From: Candidatus Poribacteria bacterium
GTDB taxonomy: Bacteria; Poribacteria; WGA-4E; WGA-3G
Reading direction: 5' to 3'
DNA: 64,000 nucleotides
NCBI GenBank assembly: GCA_964291315.2
Contig: OZ219753.1
Span: 2,528,001 to 2,592,000 of the forward strand
Positions 36,052-44,600 of this stretch are shown one piece after another. A model generated the notes under the pieces. That model was given only the letters and a program-made list of their open reading frames with translations, ran no database searches and was not told the DNA's origin. Within the stretch, counting starts at the first letter, position 1, and each line of letters starts with the position of its first letter. The translations under genes were made by a program, and so were the position numbers.

Positions 36052-37239
36052 TTAGTCGGCCGCTGGTGCGAAAACTTCCGGATTCTCCGCAGCGGCATCG
36101 TAATCGTCGATCAGTTTTGTAATGATAGGGGTATCGCCGCAGATCGGGCAATTTTCATCTCGGTTGATTTTCATCTCGCGATAGGTCATTCCGAGTGCTT
36201 CATAGAGAATGAGCCTGCCGATGAGGGGTGCACCGATACCGAGAATATATTTAATCGCTTCGGTTGCCATCATGACACCTATTATGCCTGGGAGCACGCC
36301 CAGAACTCCGGCCTCGCTTCAGCTCGGCACTAGGCCTGGGGGTGGCGGGGTCGGATACATGCATCGATAGCAAGGACCATCGTGTGGTTTAAAGAGCGAG
36401 ACCTGCCCTTCAAACTGGAAAATACTACCGTGGACGATTGGTTTACCCAATAGTACAGCTGCGTCATTGACGAGATAACGGGTGGCGAAATTATCACACC
36501 CGTCCACAATTATGTCATATTCTGAGAAAATTTCTTCAACATTATCGGCAGCTAGACGCAGGTTATACGGAGTGATGTCAATGTCTGGGTTCAACGACTT
36601 AATGGTTGTTGTCGCGGATTGTACCTTCGGTGTGCCGACGGCTTCTGTACGGTGGAGTATCTGACGTTGGAGGTTACTTAACTCCACAACATCAGAATCG
36701 ATAATACCGAGATGGCCGATACCTGCGGCCCCGAGATACACGCCTGCTGGTGATCCCAAGCCTCCTGCACCAACCAGCAGGACGTTAGCATCAAGGAGTT
36801 TGGCTTGTCCGTGTTCGCCGACTTCTGTGAGCATAAAATGCCGGCTGTAACGGTCGAGCTGATCGTGTGTCATCGGTTTGTCTTGTGCAGTCGGGAACCC
36901 GGCGCTCATCCAGTCCCGATAGCCGCCTGCAAGAGAGACGGTATCAGTGTATCCCATTTGGCGGAGGGATTTGGCAGCGAGTAGAGAACGGAGCCCCGCT
37001 GCGCAGTATACAACGACCTTTTGGTCTCGATCAGGAATATAATTTTCGATAGAGAACTCAAGCATGCCACGTGTGACATGCACAGCATTCGGGATATAAC
37101 CGGCGCGATATTCATCTTCATCGCGAACATCCAGCAGTACGAAATCGTTCTCTTCGTCTTGTTCGGTTTTCACTTCAGCAACAGTTACTTCCGGTATTTC
37201 TGCTTTCGCTTCCTCAACGATTTGCCTGTAGGATTTCAT
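36052..37239 (-). CDS. moeB: Rhodanese-MoeB/ThiF fusion (MoeZ-like sulfur-carrier adenylyltransferase) with in-frame UGA, probable selenocysteine
   Basis: Rhodanese LDVR..EY..GYIPNA / YCAAGLRS; RYSRH, GAGGLGS, SNLQRQ, CYRC; reads PPGLVPS-TGA-SEAGVLGVLPGIIG in frame and continues to CPICG. Confidence 0.9.
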
Positions 37240-37328
37240 AAAATTTTTCTCCTGCGAAGAAGAAATATGAAAATTAAGGATCTCATATTCTCTCATTCTA
37301 TGGATTTTAGGTCTTTTGCACTTACAGA

Positions 37329-37357
37329 ATTATACCATATGTGCCTTGTCTTGTCAA
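37329..37357 (-). promoter_or_regulatory. Consensus sigma70 promoter of moeB (TTGACA-N17-TATAAT, extended -10)
   Basis: Perfect hexamers with a 17-bp spacer. Confidence 0.8.
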
Positions 37358-37451
37358 TATTTTAATCTTTCGGATGTATTAACTATAATGGAAAGTCAGG
37401 GCTATTTAGTTTCCCTATCAGAGGGAATTTCTGATTCTTTGTTATCGGTTA

Positions 37452-37481
37452 TTGACAAGCAAGATATGGGTATGTTAAAAT
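37452..37481 (+). promoter_or_regulatory. Sigma70 promoter (TTGACA-N18-TAAAAT) for the PHP-waaF-HAD genes
   Basis: Near-consensus hexamers; TG at the extended -10 position. Confidence 0.6.
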
Positions 37482-37567
37482 AGATGTAGACAGGTGTAGA
37501 CACAAGTGGTAACCGGTCCAGTAGATTAAGGCACTGTCTCTAAAAGCATAAAGATAAAGGAGAAGCG

Positions 37568-38443
37568 ATGTTCAACACAAACCCTTTTCAACAACCCGGA
37601 CAGTGGTATCGCGGGAATACACATAGCCACAGCACTGAGTCCGATGGACAACTCTCAATATCAGATCGTTTTGCTGCGTATAGGGACGCAGGTTACGATT
37701 TTCTCGTGTTGACTGATCACCGCAAGGTTAACGAAGTGCAGGCTTACACGACATCGGATTTTTTGGCAATATCAGGGAGCGAAGTTCATCCTGAAAATCC
37801 TTACGGTGGTGGGACATATCACATCGTTGCGATTAATATACATGAACAGCTAAACTGCGCGAACATGCACCCGAATGCAGTAATCGATCAGATTAAAATG
37901 CAAGGTGGTGAAGCCGTTTTGTGTCATCCTTATTGGTGTGGGCATACAATTTTAGATTATCTGCCGTTGCGCGGTTATTTTGCTGTTGAGGTTTATAACG
38001 ACACATGCATGGGCATCGGTAAAGGGTTTTCGGAGCAGGCATGGGACGATCTTCTAGATAGAGGTGGTCCTGTCTTCGGCATCGCCGCCGATGATGCCCA
38101 CGGCACAAAGCACGACTGCTTCCACGGCTGGATTATGGTCAAAGCGCAAGAACTCGCGCTCGGTAGCATCATGGAATCACTCCGGACCGGCGCTTTCTAT
38201 TCTACACTTGGGCCCGAGATTAAGGATATGAACTTAGATGGAAATCAATTGACTGTTAAATGTTCGGCGGCACGATCAATTGTTTTTAAAGCAGAGTGCA
38301 GTCGTGGAAAACGAATCTTGCCATTCGATGGCGAGCTCTTAACTGAGGCAACCTACAGTATTCCGGAGAACGTCAAATACGTTCGCGTCGAGATAACTGA
38401 CGAAACCGGTAAGAAAGCATGGTCAAACCCACTCTTTTTTTAG
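37568..38443 (+). CDS. PHP-domain metallohydrolase (CehA/McbA-like)
   Basis: WYRGNTHSHSTESDG, LTDH, CHPYW, EVYN, DDAH, G.FYST.GP, AWSNP. Confidence 0.88.
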   Translation: MFNTNPFQQPGQWYRGNTHSHSTESDGQLSISDRFAAYRDAGYDFLVLTDHRKVNEVQAYTTSDFLAISGSEVHPENPYGGGTYHIVAINIHEQLNCANMHPNAVIDQIKMQGGEAVLCHPYWCGHTILDYLPLRGYFAVEVYNDTCMGIGKGFSEQAWDDLLDRGGPVFGIAADDAHGTKHDCFHGWIMVKAQELALGSIMESLRTGAFYSTLGPEIKDMNLDGNQLTVKCSAARSIVFKAECSRGKRILPFDGELLTEATYSIPENVKYVRVEITDETGKKAWSNPLFF

Positions 38444-38488
38444 TGAAATGTCTTGGCAGATCTCGTCACACTTTCATGGGGGATTCCG

Positions 38489-39517
38489 ATGCAAAACATT
38501 TTGGTGTGCCAAACAGGAGGCTGGATCGGCGATATGGTGCTGCTGACTCCTGCCTTACGTGCCCTGAAGTGCGCGTATCCGAAATCTAATTTAACACTTC
38601 TGTTGCGGCGGTGTGTAGCCGATCTAATGCAAACCCACCCTTATGTTGACACCTGCATCGTGGATGCGAAAACAGAAGGTCGCTATCGATCGTTTCGGGA
38701 CCTTGTCCGTCAGATACGGGCTAAGGTATTTGACATCGCAGTTGTGCTGCATCCTACCTCGTTTCGGAATGCGCTTCTACCCTTCATAGCACATATCCCG
38801 ATACGTGTTGGGACAAATGTTGGTGGGCGCGGGATGCTGCTAACACTGTCTTGTAAAGACACTACAGAGATACATGAGGTCCACCGATACCTCCGTGTCC
38901 TAGAGCTGCTAAATATTGATGGAGCTCCCTCTTTTTTGGAGTTTTGGCATACAGATGCAGATCGGAAGTTTATTAAACGACTCCTGCGTACTGAGGGCGT
39001 ATTACCGGGCGACCGAGTTATTGCTCTCAATTTGGGCACGACCTGGCCAACGAAACGATGGAACATAACGAATTTCGCAGACCTTATCCAACGAATTGCA
39101 GTACTGATACCAGAAATCAAAATCCTGTTAATCGGTTCATCTGAGGAGCGGGAACTTGCAAAAGCACTGTCCACTTGGTTGTCGGTTATTAATCTCGTCG
39201 GGAAAACGGATATTCTCGAACTAGGGGCGTTGTTGGAAAGATGTGAAGTGTGCTTAACTTGTGATAGTGGCCCGATGCATATTGCCGCTGCAGTTCAGAC
39301 GCCGACAGTGGCACTTTTTGGTCCAACGAGTCCAACGCGCCATCGGCCCTACGGAGATGGGCATACTCTCATTGAAAAACCAGTCTCATGTCGCCCTTGT
39401 TACAAACAGATGTGTCGTCGACAAGAGGCACCGCACCTCTGTATGCAGGAAATAGGTACCGCTGAAGTTGTCAAGGCATTAGAGATTAAGTTGCGCCGGG
39501 AAATTGCCGCTGCTTAA
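38489..39517 (+). CDS. waaF: Glycosyltransferase family 9 (LPS heptosyltransferase II-like)
   Basis: WIGDMVL.TPAL, KRW, NLVGKT, DSGPMHIAAA...TVALFGPT, CRPC. Confidence 0.85.
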   Translation: MQNILVCQTGGWIGDMVLLTPALRALKCAYPKSNLTLLLRRCVADLMQTHPYVDTCIVDAKTEGRYRSFRDLVRQIRAKVFDIAVVLHPTSFRNALLPFIAHIPIRVGTNVGGRGMLLTLSCKDTTEIHEVHRYLRVLELLNIDGAPSFLEFWHTDADRKFIKRLLRTEGVLPGDRVIALNLGTTWPTKRWNITNFADLIQRIAVLIPEIKILLIGSSEERELAKALSTWLSVINLVGKTDILELGALLERCEVCLTCDSGPMHIAAAVQTPTVALFGPTSPTRHRPYGDGHTLIEKPVSCRPCYKQMCRRQEAPHLCMQEIGTAEVVKALEIKLRREIAAA

Positions 39518-39546
39518 ATATAAACTATAGAAAAAAGGAATAGTGA

Positions 39547-40293
39547 ATGAAAGACATCCGCGCACTGGTATTTGATTTCGGCGGGACTTTGGATGGAAAC
39601 GGTATCCACTGGTTGGAACGGACGTATCTGTTTATCCGCGAACGGTGCCCCGAAATTACACGCGAGGCATTTGACGAAGCAGATAGGGCAACGGTAACGG
39701 AGTTTGCACTTGGAGATTCTTCTCATGAGTGGTCTTACCAAGACGGTTCAATGTTACCGCTCGGGGTGGTCGCCTCTGAGCACACAGCGTGCTGTAATTT
39801 GCGAGAAACTGCCGATGCGATTGCATCAGGAATTTATAAGCGACTAGGCCTGAGCAAACAGATGAAAGATGAATATGTTGAGTGGTTCTGTAAGGGAGTC
39901 GCCCAAAGTCTTGCTGAAAATAGGCGATGGCTTAAAACACTTTACGGCACCTACCAGCTTGCTGTGATTAGCAATAACTTTGGAAACACGCGCGGTTGGT
40001 GTGATGAATATGGACTTTCCCCATTGCTTGAGGCAATTATAGATTCCACGGTTCTCGGTATAGCGAAGCCAGATGCCCGTATCTTTGAAGCAGCTTTGGC
40101 CGAATTGAGGGTGGCACCTCATCAAGCAATCTACGTTGGCGATAGTTATGCTGCGGATATGGTCGGAGGAAAAAACGCAGGAATGTGGACTGCGTGGCTT
40201 GTTGGCGATGAGCACAAGACCTGCCCGGATTTATCTATGGTTGATGTTAAACTGTCCTATTTGTATGAATTGACCCAGTTTTTGAATTCGTAG
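39547..40293 (+). CDS. HAD-superfamily hydrolase
   Basis: FDFGGTLD, ISNN, KPDARIF, VGDSYAADMVGG. Confidence 0.88.
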   Translation: MKDIRALVFDFGGTLDGNGIHWLERTYLFIRERCPEITREAFDEADRATVTEFALGDSSHEWSYQDGSMLPLGVVASEHTACCNLRETADAIASGIYKRLGLSKQMKDEYVEWFCKGVAQSLAENRRWLKTLYGTYQLAVISNNFGNTRGWCDEYGLSPLLEAIIDSTVLGIAKPDARIFEAALAELRVAPHQAIYVGDSYAADMVGGKNAGMWTAWLVGDEHKTCPDLSMVDVKLSYLYELTQFLNS

Positions 40294-40312
40294 TAGAATT
40301 TTGAGAGAGAAA

Positions 40313-40335
40313 AGGGCAGATATTTGCTTCTGCCC
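40313..40335. terminator. Hairpin between convergent HAD and lexA genes
   Basis: gggcaga...tctgccc, A-rich on the left and T-rich on the right. Confidence 0.55.
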
Positions 40336-40373
40336 GTTAGTTTTGTTAATGTTTGAGAAGTAAAGTGTGAAGG

Positions 40374-41039
40374 TTATAGTTCACGATGGAGACAGACGAC
40401 TTTACCCAGTATCGTCACTTCATTAATGTTATAAATACTGGATTCAATGACCGGGTTTTCCGGCTGTAACCGCACTTGATCGCCTTCTATAAAAAAGCGT
40501 TTTACTGTTGCTTCGTCTTCCACCATAGCGACCACAATATCACCTGGATCGGCATCTGCTTGTCTTCTGACAATAACATAGTCGCCTTCTAGGATGCCGA
40601 CCCCGATCATGCTGGTGCCGATGATTCGGAGGGCGAAGCATTCCTGGTTATTTACCATGCGGGTTGGAATAGGCAGAGTGCCTTCGATATTCTGTGAGGC
40701 AAGGAGTGGTGCTCCGGCAGCTACACGTCCAAAAATCGGTATTTCTACGATATCCCGATCTACTTCCGTTAGCATTGGATTCGCGCCTTGGTCTTCAAGC
40801 CATTTACTAGTGACAACCTTGGGTTGTGTTTCCTTCAGAATGGAGATCGCCCTAGGCTTGCCTTCTTCCCGTTCAATATATTTCTTTTTCTCGAGCGCGT
40901 TGAGATGGTCATGCGCCGCTTTTTCGGAGAAGCCGAATTGACTGCCAATCTCACGAATCGTCGGCGGATAACCCTCCTTAATACATTTCTGGATGTAATT
41001 AAAGATCTCGCGCTGCCTGTTTGTCAAATTCTTCGCCAT
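40374..41039 (-). CDS. lexA: SOS repressor LexA
   Basis: PPTIREI wHTH, GRVAAG cleavage site, G.SM catalytic Ser, EATVKR catalytic Lys. Confidence 0.97.
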   Translation of the reverse strand: MAKNLTNRQREIFNYIQKCIKEGYPPTIREIGSQFGFSEKAAHDHLNALEKKKYIEREEGKPRAISILKETQPKVVTSKWLEDQGANPMLTEVDRDIVEIPIFGRVAAGAPLLASQNIEGTLPIPTRMVNNQECFALRIIGTSMIGVGILEGDYVIVRRQADADPGDIVVAMVEDEATVKRFFIEGDQVRLQPENPVIESSIYNINEVTILGKVVCLHREL

Positions 41040-41088
41040 GAGTTAAGCCTCCTGCAACTGATCATAGGGTATTAGTTAATATGTTTAT

Positions 41089-41117
41089 ATTATACTATAT
41101 GCAGGTTAAGAATGCAA
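41089..41117 (-). promoter_or_regulatory. Sigma70 promoter of lexA (TTGCAT-N17-TATAAT)
   Basis: Near-consensus hexamers with a 17-bp spacer. Confidence 0.7.
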
Positions 41118-41171
41118 GAAAAAAACAAATATTTATTTTTTTCTATGGTCCAAAGGCGCTTGCCATAAAAT

Positions 41172-41197
41172 TGAAACCGAAAAGTGCTGCTAACGTC
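41172..41197 (+). promoter_or_regulatory. Putative ECF promoter TGAAAC-N16-CGTC upstream of the redoxin gene
   Basis: Matches the SigW/SigM-type consensus and spacing. Confidence 0.5.
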
Positions 41198-41213
41198 TTA
41201 ATTAAAGGGAAAC

Positions 41214-41915
41214 TTGGAAATGCAAAATCTACCTCTTTTTATCTCTCTCTTTACTAATGTCCGTATCATCTTTGAGAAGTTTCATCAGATCACAGCTGTC
41301 GTGTATCCTGGTTGTGTTATAGGTGCCCTATTTATCGGGGTAGTGAGTTCGGGGATTGCGAAAGAGCAGGCGGAGAAAGTAAAGCTTGATAGCGTCGTCA
41401 AGGACTTTAGTCTTAAAGACGTTAACGGGACATCTCACACTCTGTACAAGCTCGGCGAGGAAAAGTCTGCTGTTGTTGTCTTATTTCTTGCTACACAGTG
41501 CCCTATAGTGACTGATTATGTGGAACGTATTGTTGCTTTGGTTAAGGCTTACGACGACAAAAACGTGCAATTTATTGGTGTCAATTCAAATAAACAGGAA
41601 AACGTTAAAGAGATCTCGGAATACAACCACAAACACGGGTTGGAATTTCCTGTCCTAAAGGATCTAGAAAATAATATCGCGGATTATTTTGGGGCAAGAA
41701 GAACGCCAGAAGCGTTTCTACTCGATGCAGAGCATGTGCTCCGCTACGCTGGGGCAATAGACAATAGTCCAAAAGAACCGATAAAACAGTATCTCCGAAG
41801 TGCTTTAGATCTAGTAGTTGCTGGAAAAGAGATTCCCAAGGATTCCAGAAAGACAAGGGCAGTTGGCTGTACAATTAAGCGGGTACGGAAATCCAACGTA
41901 GATAGGACCCCGTGA
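41214..41915 (+). CDS. Exported thioredoxin-like redoxin (AhpC/TSA family)
   Basis: DFSLKD..G, FLATQCP, GVNSN, FPVLKD, A.RTPEAF, YAGAID, GCTIK; start uncertain. Confidence 0.85.
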   Translation: MEMQNLPLFISLFTNVRIIFEKFHQITAVVYPGCVIGALFIGVVSSGIAKEQAEKVKLDSVVKDFSLKDVNGTSHTLYKLGEEKSAVVVLFLATQCPIVTDYVERIVALVKAYDDKNVQFIGVNSNKQENVKEISEYNHKHGLEFPVLKDLENNIADYFGARRTPEAFLLDAEHVLRYAGAIDNSPKEPIKQYLRSALDLVVAGKEIPKDSRKTRAVGCTIKRVRKSNVDRTP

Positions 41916-41973
41916 ATATTTATCTGCTTCCTTGTTTTTGGGGTCGATGTCACCGTGGAGGTGAAAAAACAAG

Positions 41974-44451
41974 ATGTTTCGATTGTTTTACCACTGTTTT
42001 CAAGCAGTTCTAAGTCTGTTTTGGGGGGCATGTATTCTTGTATTTATAGCGATTTTCGTGGGTATCGGATTTGCAGGCGGGATATTCTTAGCGTGTTGGA
42101 AAGATGTACGAGGCATCGATCTTAATCGACTCGAATATAATGTAGACACCGAAACTTGGAGACAACACTTGGAGGTTTATTCTTCTGTTTGCGAAGTACG
42201 AGAGACAGATAAAGCGGTGTTTTTGCTTGATAAATTGGAACGACTGAAATATAAGAAGGTCGCCGAGATCATCCCCCGATTGAGCGAACCGGGCGAGTAC
42301 ACCGATACATTGGACGCGAACGGAAATCGAGTGATCCGTATCCATCTGCGAGATTTTGAGTATCCGTACCTTGACGTGGCGGCTGGACATGTGCAAGTTG
42401 CAGTTAGAGACGAGCGGATTGTAGCCATCCGGAGTGAAGCTGGGGTTGTACGCCAGAATTTTTACCTTGAGCCGGAGAAGATGAGCGAATTTACTGACGA
42501 ACAAGGTGCCACGCGCCGTTTGATTCCGTTGCTCCAAATGCCTACAAAGTTGACAGGGGCATTTATCGCTATTGAGGATCACCGCTTTTCGAACCATTGG
42601 GGAGTTGATATTATACGTCTCGGCGGAGCAGTGAAGAATACTTTGTTAAATGGGGTCCGATTGGCCGGGACAAGTACACTCACACAACAGTTGGCGCGCA
42701 ATATTTATCTGTTTGATCAGAGATCCGTGAGAGACATTGGCCGGAAATCGAAAGAGATACTCCTTGCGGTGAGAATTGAGAAGGTTTTTTCTAAAGATGA
42801 GATCTTAGAGCGGTATTTGAATTATGTTGACTTGGGCAGATCGAGATATGGGGGCAAAACGTTTCACGGTGTTCAGCAAGCAGCACTCGGATATTTTGGG
42901 AAACAAGTGTCGGAGCTCGACTACCACGAATGCGCTTTGCTCGCAGCGCTTCCAAAGGGACCTTTTGCTTTTTCACCATTTTCCAATCCTGAGGATGCCA
43001 AGAGACGTCGTAATATGGTGCTTGACAGAATGTTAACGGAAGAATACATTCCTGCGTCCGAGTGGCGTGTCAGTCGAAACGCTCCGTTACTCCCCCCAAA
43101 TGTGGAGGAGAGACGTACAAAGATCTCCGCAAAGGAGGCAGGCCACTTCCTTCAACATGTGCGTGATGAACTTGTCCGACTTCCTGAACTTAAAACGAAA
43201 TTGTACAGCGAAGGGTTAAAGGTTTATACAACCATAGACATGTCAATGCAAGCGGTTGCTGAGAAAGAAGTCGCGAATCACCTCCGTTATATGGACAAGA
43301 CTTATGGCGGGGCGCGGCTCCCGGATTACGATACTTATAAGCTGAGACCAGACGGTGATCCGATAAATAACTATCTACAAGCCGCACTCATCGCCTTTGA
43401 ACCCAAGACAGGCCATGTTAAAGCGATGGTAGGCGGACGCGATTACAATATCACAGCGACGAAAATTGATCACTACAACCGCGCCCTTGGAAGCGCGAGG
43501 CGACAACCCGGGTCCGCTTTCAAACCGATTGTTTTCGCCGCCCTCCTAGAAGAACCGTCTATTTTAACGCCCGCAACAGTTATCGTTGATAGTAGCTGGG
43601 GCATTGTGCCTTTTCCTGGACAGAAGACATGGTATCCTCGAAACTACAGCAGGATGTTTAGAGGTAACGTCAATATCCGGGATGTGCTCACAAAATCGAT
43701 CAATGTTCCTACGGCGAGAGCGGTGCTTGAGACACCAATAGGTGACAACGGTATATGGGAAGGAATCAATCGCGTCGTGGACCTATCAAAACGGATGGGT
43801 ATTAAGAGCCCGATGGACCCAAAGCCTGCACTCTCCTTAGGTGCGTCTGTTATGACAGTCCTTGAATTGACATCCGCTTATGGGGTCTTTGCAAACGGAG
43901 GCGTTCAGATGGAACCGGTGCATATCCAATATATTCTTGACACAACGGGCAACATAATTTATCCATCTGACAACCATCAGGTAGAACGTCGGCGTGTCTT
44001 GGACGAAAAAGTAGCGTATCAGATTACTTCATACTTGGAAAACGTAATTCAAAATGGAACGGGTAGGCGCGCGAAACACATAATGGGGCTTACTCGGCCT
44101 GCAGCAGGTAAAACAGGAACCACTAATGACAATGTAGATGCTTGGTTCGTCGGCTATACCGCAGATCTAGTTGTCGGTGTGTGGGTAGGACTTGATAAAA
44201 ATCTGCCGAACCGCCGTAACTACAACCAAGAGGGGGCAAAAGCGGCGCTGCCAATTTGGGCGCAATTTTTAATTGATGCAGCGCGGGGGCCCCACAAGGA
44301 ATTCCCAGTACCTGATGGCATTGTCTTCCGAGACATTGATAAGAAAAGTGGAAAGCTCAAAAGGGACGGTGAATGCCCAGAAGAAAACATTAGTACGGAG
44401 CCTTTTATTGAAGGACAGGAACCCAAAAACCTTTGTAACCTGCGACATTAA
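41974..44451 (+). CDS. Class A penicillin-binding protein (transglycosylase/transpeptidase), PBP1b-like with a UB2H-like insert
   Basis: EDHRF, GTSTLTQQLARN, SKDEILERYLN, QPGSAFKP (SxxK), SIN, GKTGT. Confidence 0.93.
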   Translation: MFRLFYHCFQAVLSLFWGACILVFIAIFVGIGFAGGIFLACWKDVRGIDLNRLEYNVDTETWRQHLEVYSSVCEVRETDKAVFLLDKLERLKYKKVAEIIPRLSEPGEYTDTLDANGNRVIRIHLRDFEYPYLDVAAGHVQVAVRDERIVAIRSEAGVVRQNFYLEPEKMSEFTDEQGATRRLIPLLQMPTKLTGAFIAIEDHRFSNHWGVDIIRLGGAVKNTLLNGVRLAGTSTLTQQLARNIYLFDQRSVRDIGRKSKEILLAVRIEKVFSKDEILERYLNYVDLGRSRYGGKTFHGVQQAALGYFGKQVSELDYHECALLAALPKGPFAFSPFSNPEDAKRRRNMVLDRMLTEEYIPASEWRVSRNAPLLPPNVEERRTKISAKEAGHFLQHVRDELVRLPELKTKLYSEGLKVYTTIDMSMQAVAEKEVANHLRYMDKTYGGARLPDYDTYKLRPDGDPINNYLQAALIAFEPKTGHVKAMVGGRDYNITATKIDHYNRALGSARRQPGSAFKPIVFAALLEEPSILTPATVIVDSSWGIVPFPGQKTWYPRNYSRMFRGNVNIRDVLTKSINVPTARAVLETPIGDNGIWEGINRVVDLSKRMGIKSPMDPKPALSLGASVMTVLELTSAYGVFANGGVQMEPVHIQYILDTTGNIIYPSDNHQVERRRVLDEKVAYQITSYLENVIQNGTGRRAKHIMGLTRPAAGKTGTTNDNVDAWFVGYTADLVVGVWVGLDKNLPNRRNYNQEGAKAALPIWAQFLIDAARGPHKEFPVPDGIVFRDIDKKSGKLKRDGECPEENISTEPFIEGQEPKNLCNLRH

Positions 44452-44538
44452 ATAAAAATATCTCTCTACACTTTTATCACGCTTCTCCGGTTAAAACTCG
44501 TTATGAAAAAGTTCACAAGACACGATACCCTATATTAC

Positions 44539-44600
44539 TAACGTAAGTTTGATAGATACGTCCGTGTTTACTTTGTCCAAAGAGAACGCTTTGGGTATGC
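44539..44600 (+). mobile_element. Short IS982-type left-end remnant overlapping the 3' end of the mod gene
   Basis: taacgtaagtttgatagatacgtccgtgtttactttgtccaaagagaac aligns with the 25807, 29616 and 47612 copies. Confidence 0.6.

Noticed and set aside
36052-36297. Separate 81-aa gene, or a moeB pseudogene
   Set aside because: In frame with the upstream ORF across a single TGA at the conserved Cys; better explained as one recoded CDS.
41117-41145. LexA operator upstream of lexA
   Set aside because: Only an A/T-run palindrome around AAATATTT; too low in complexity to call.
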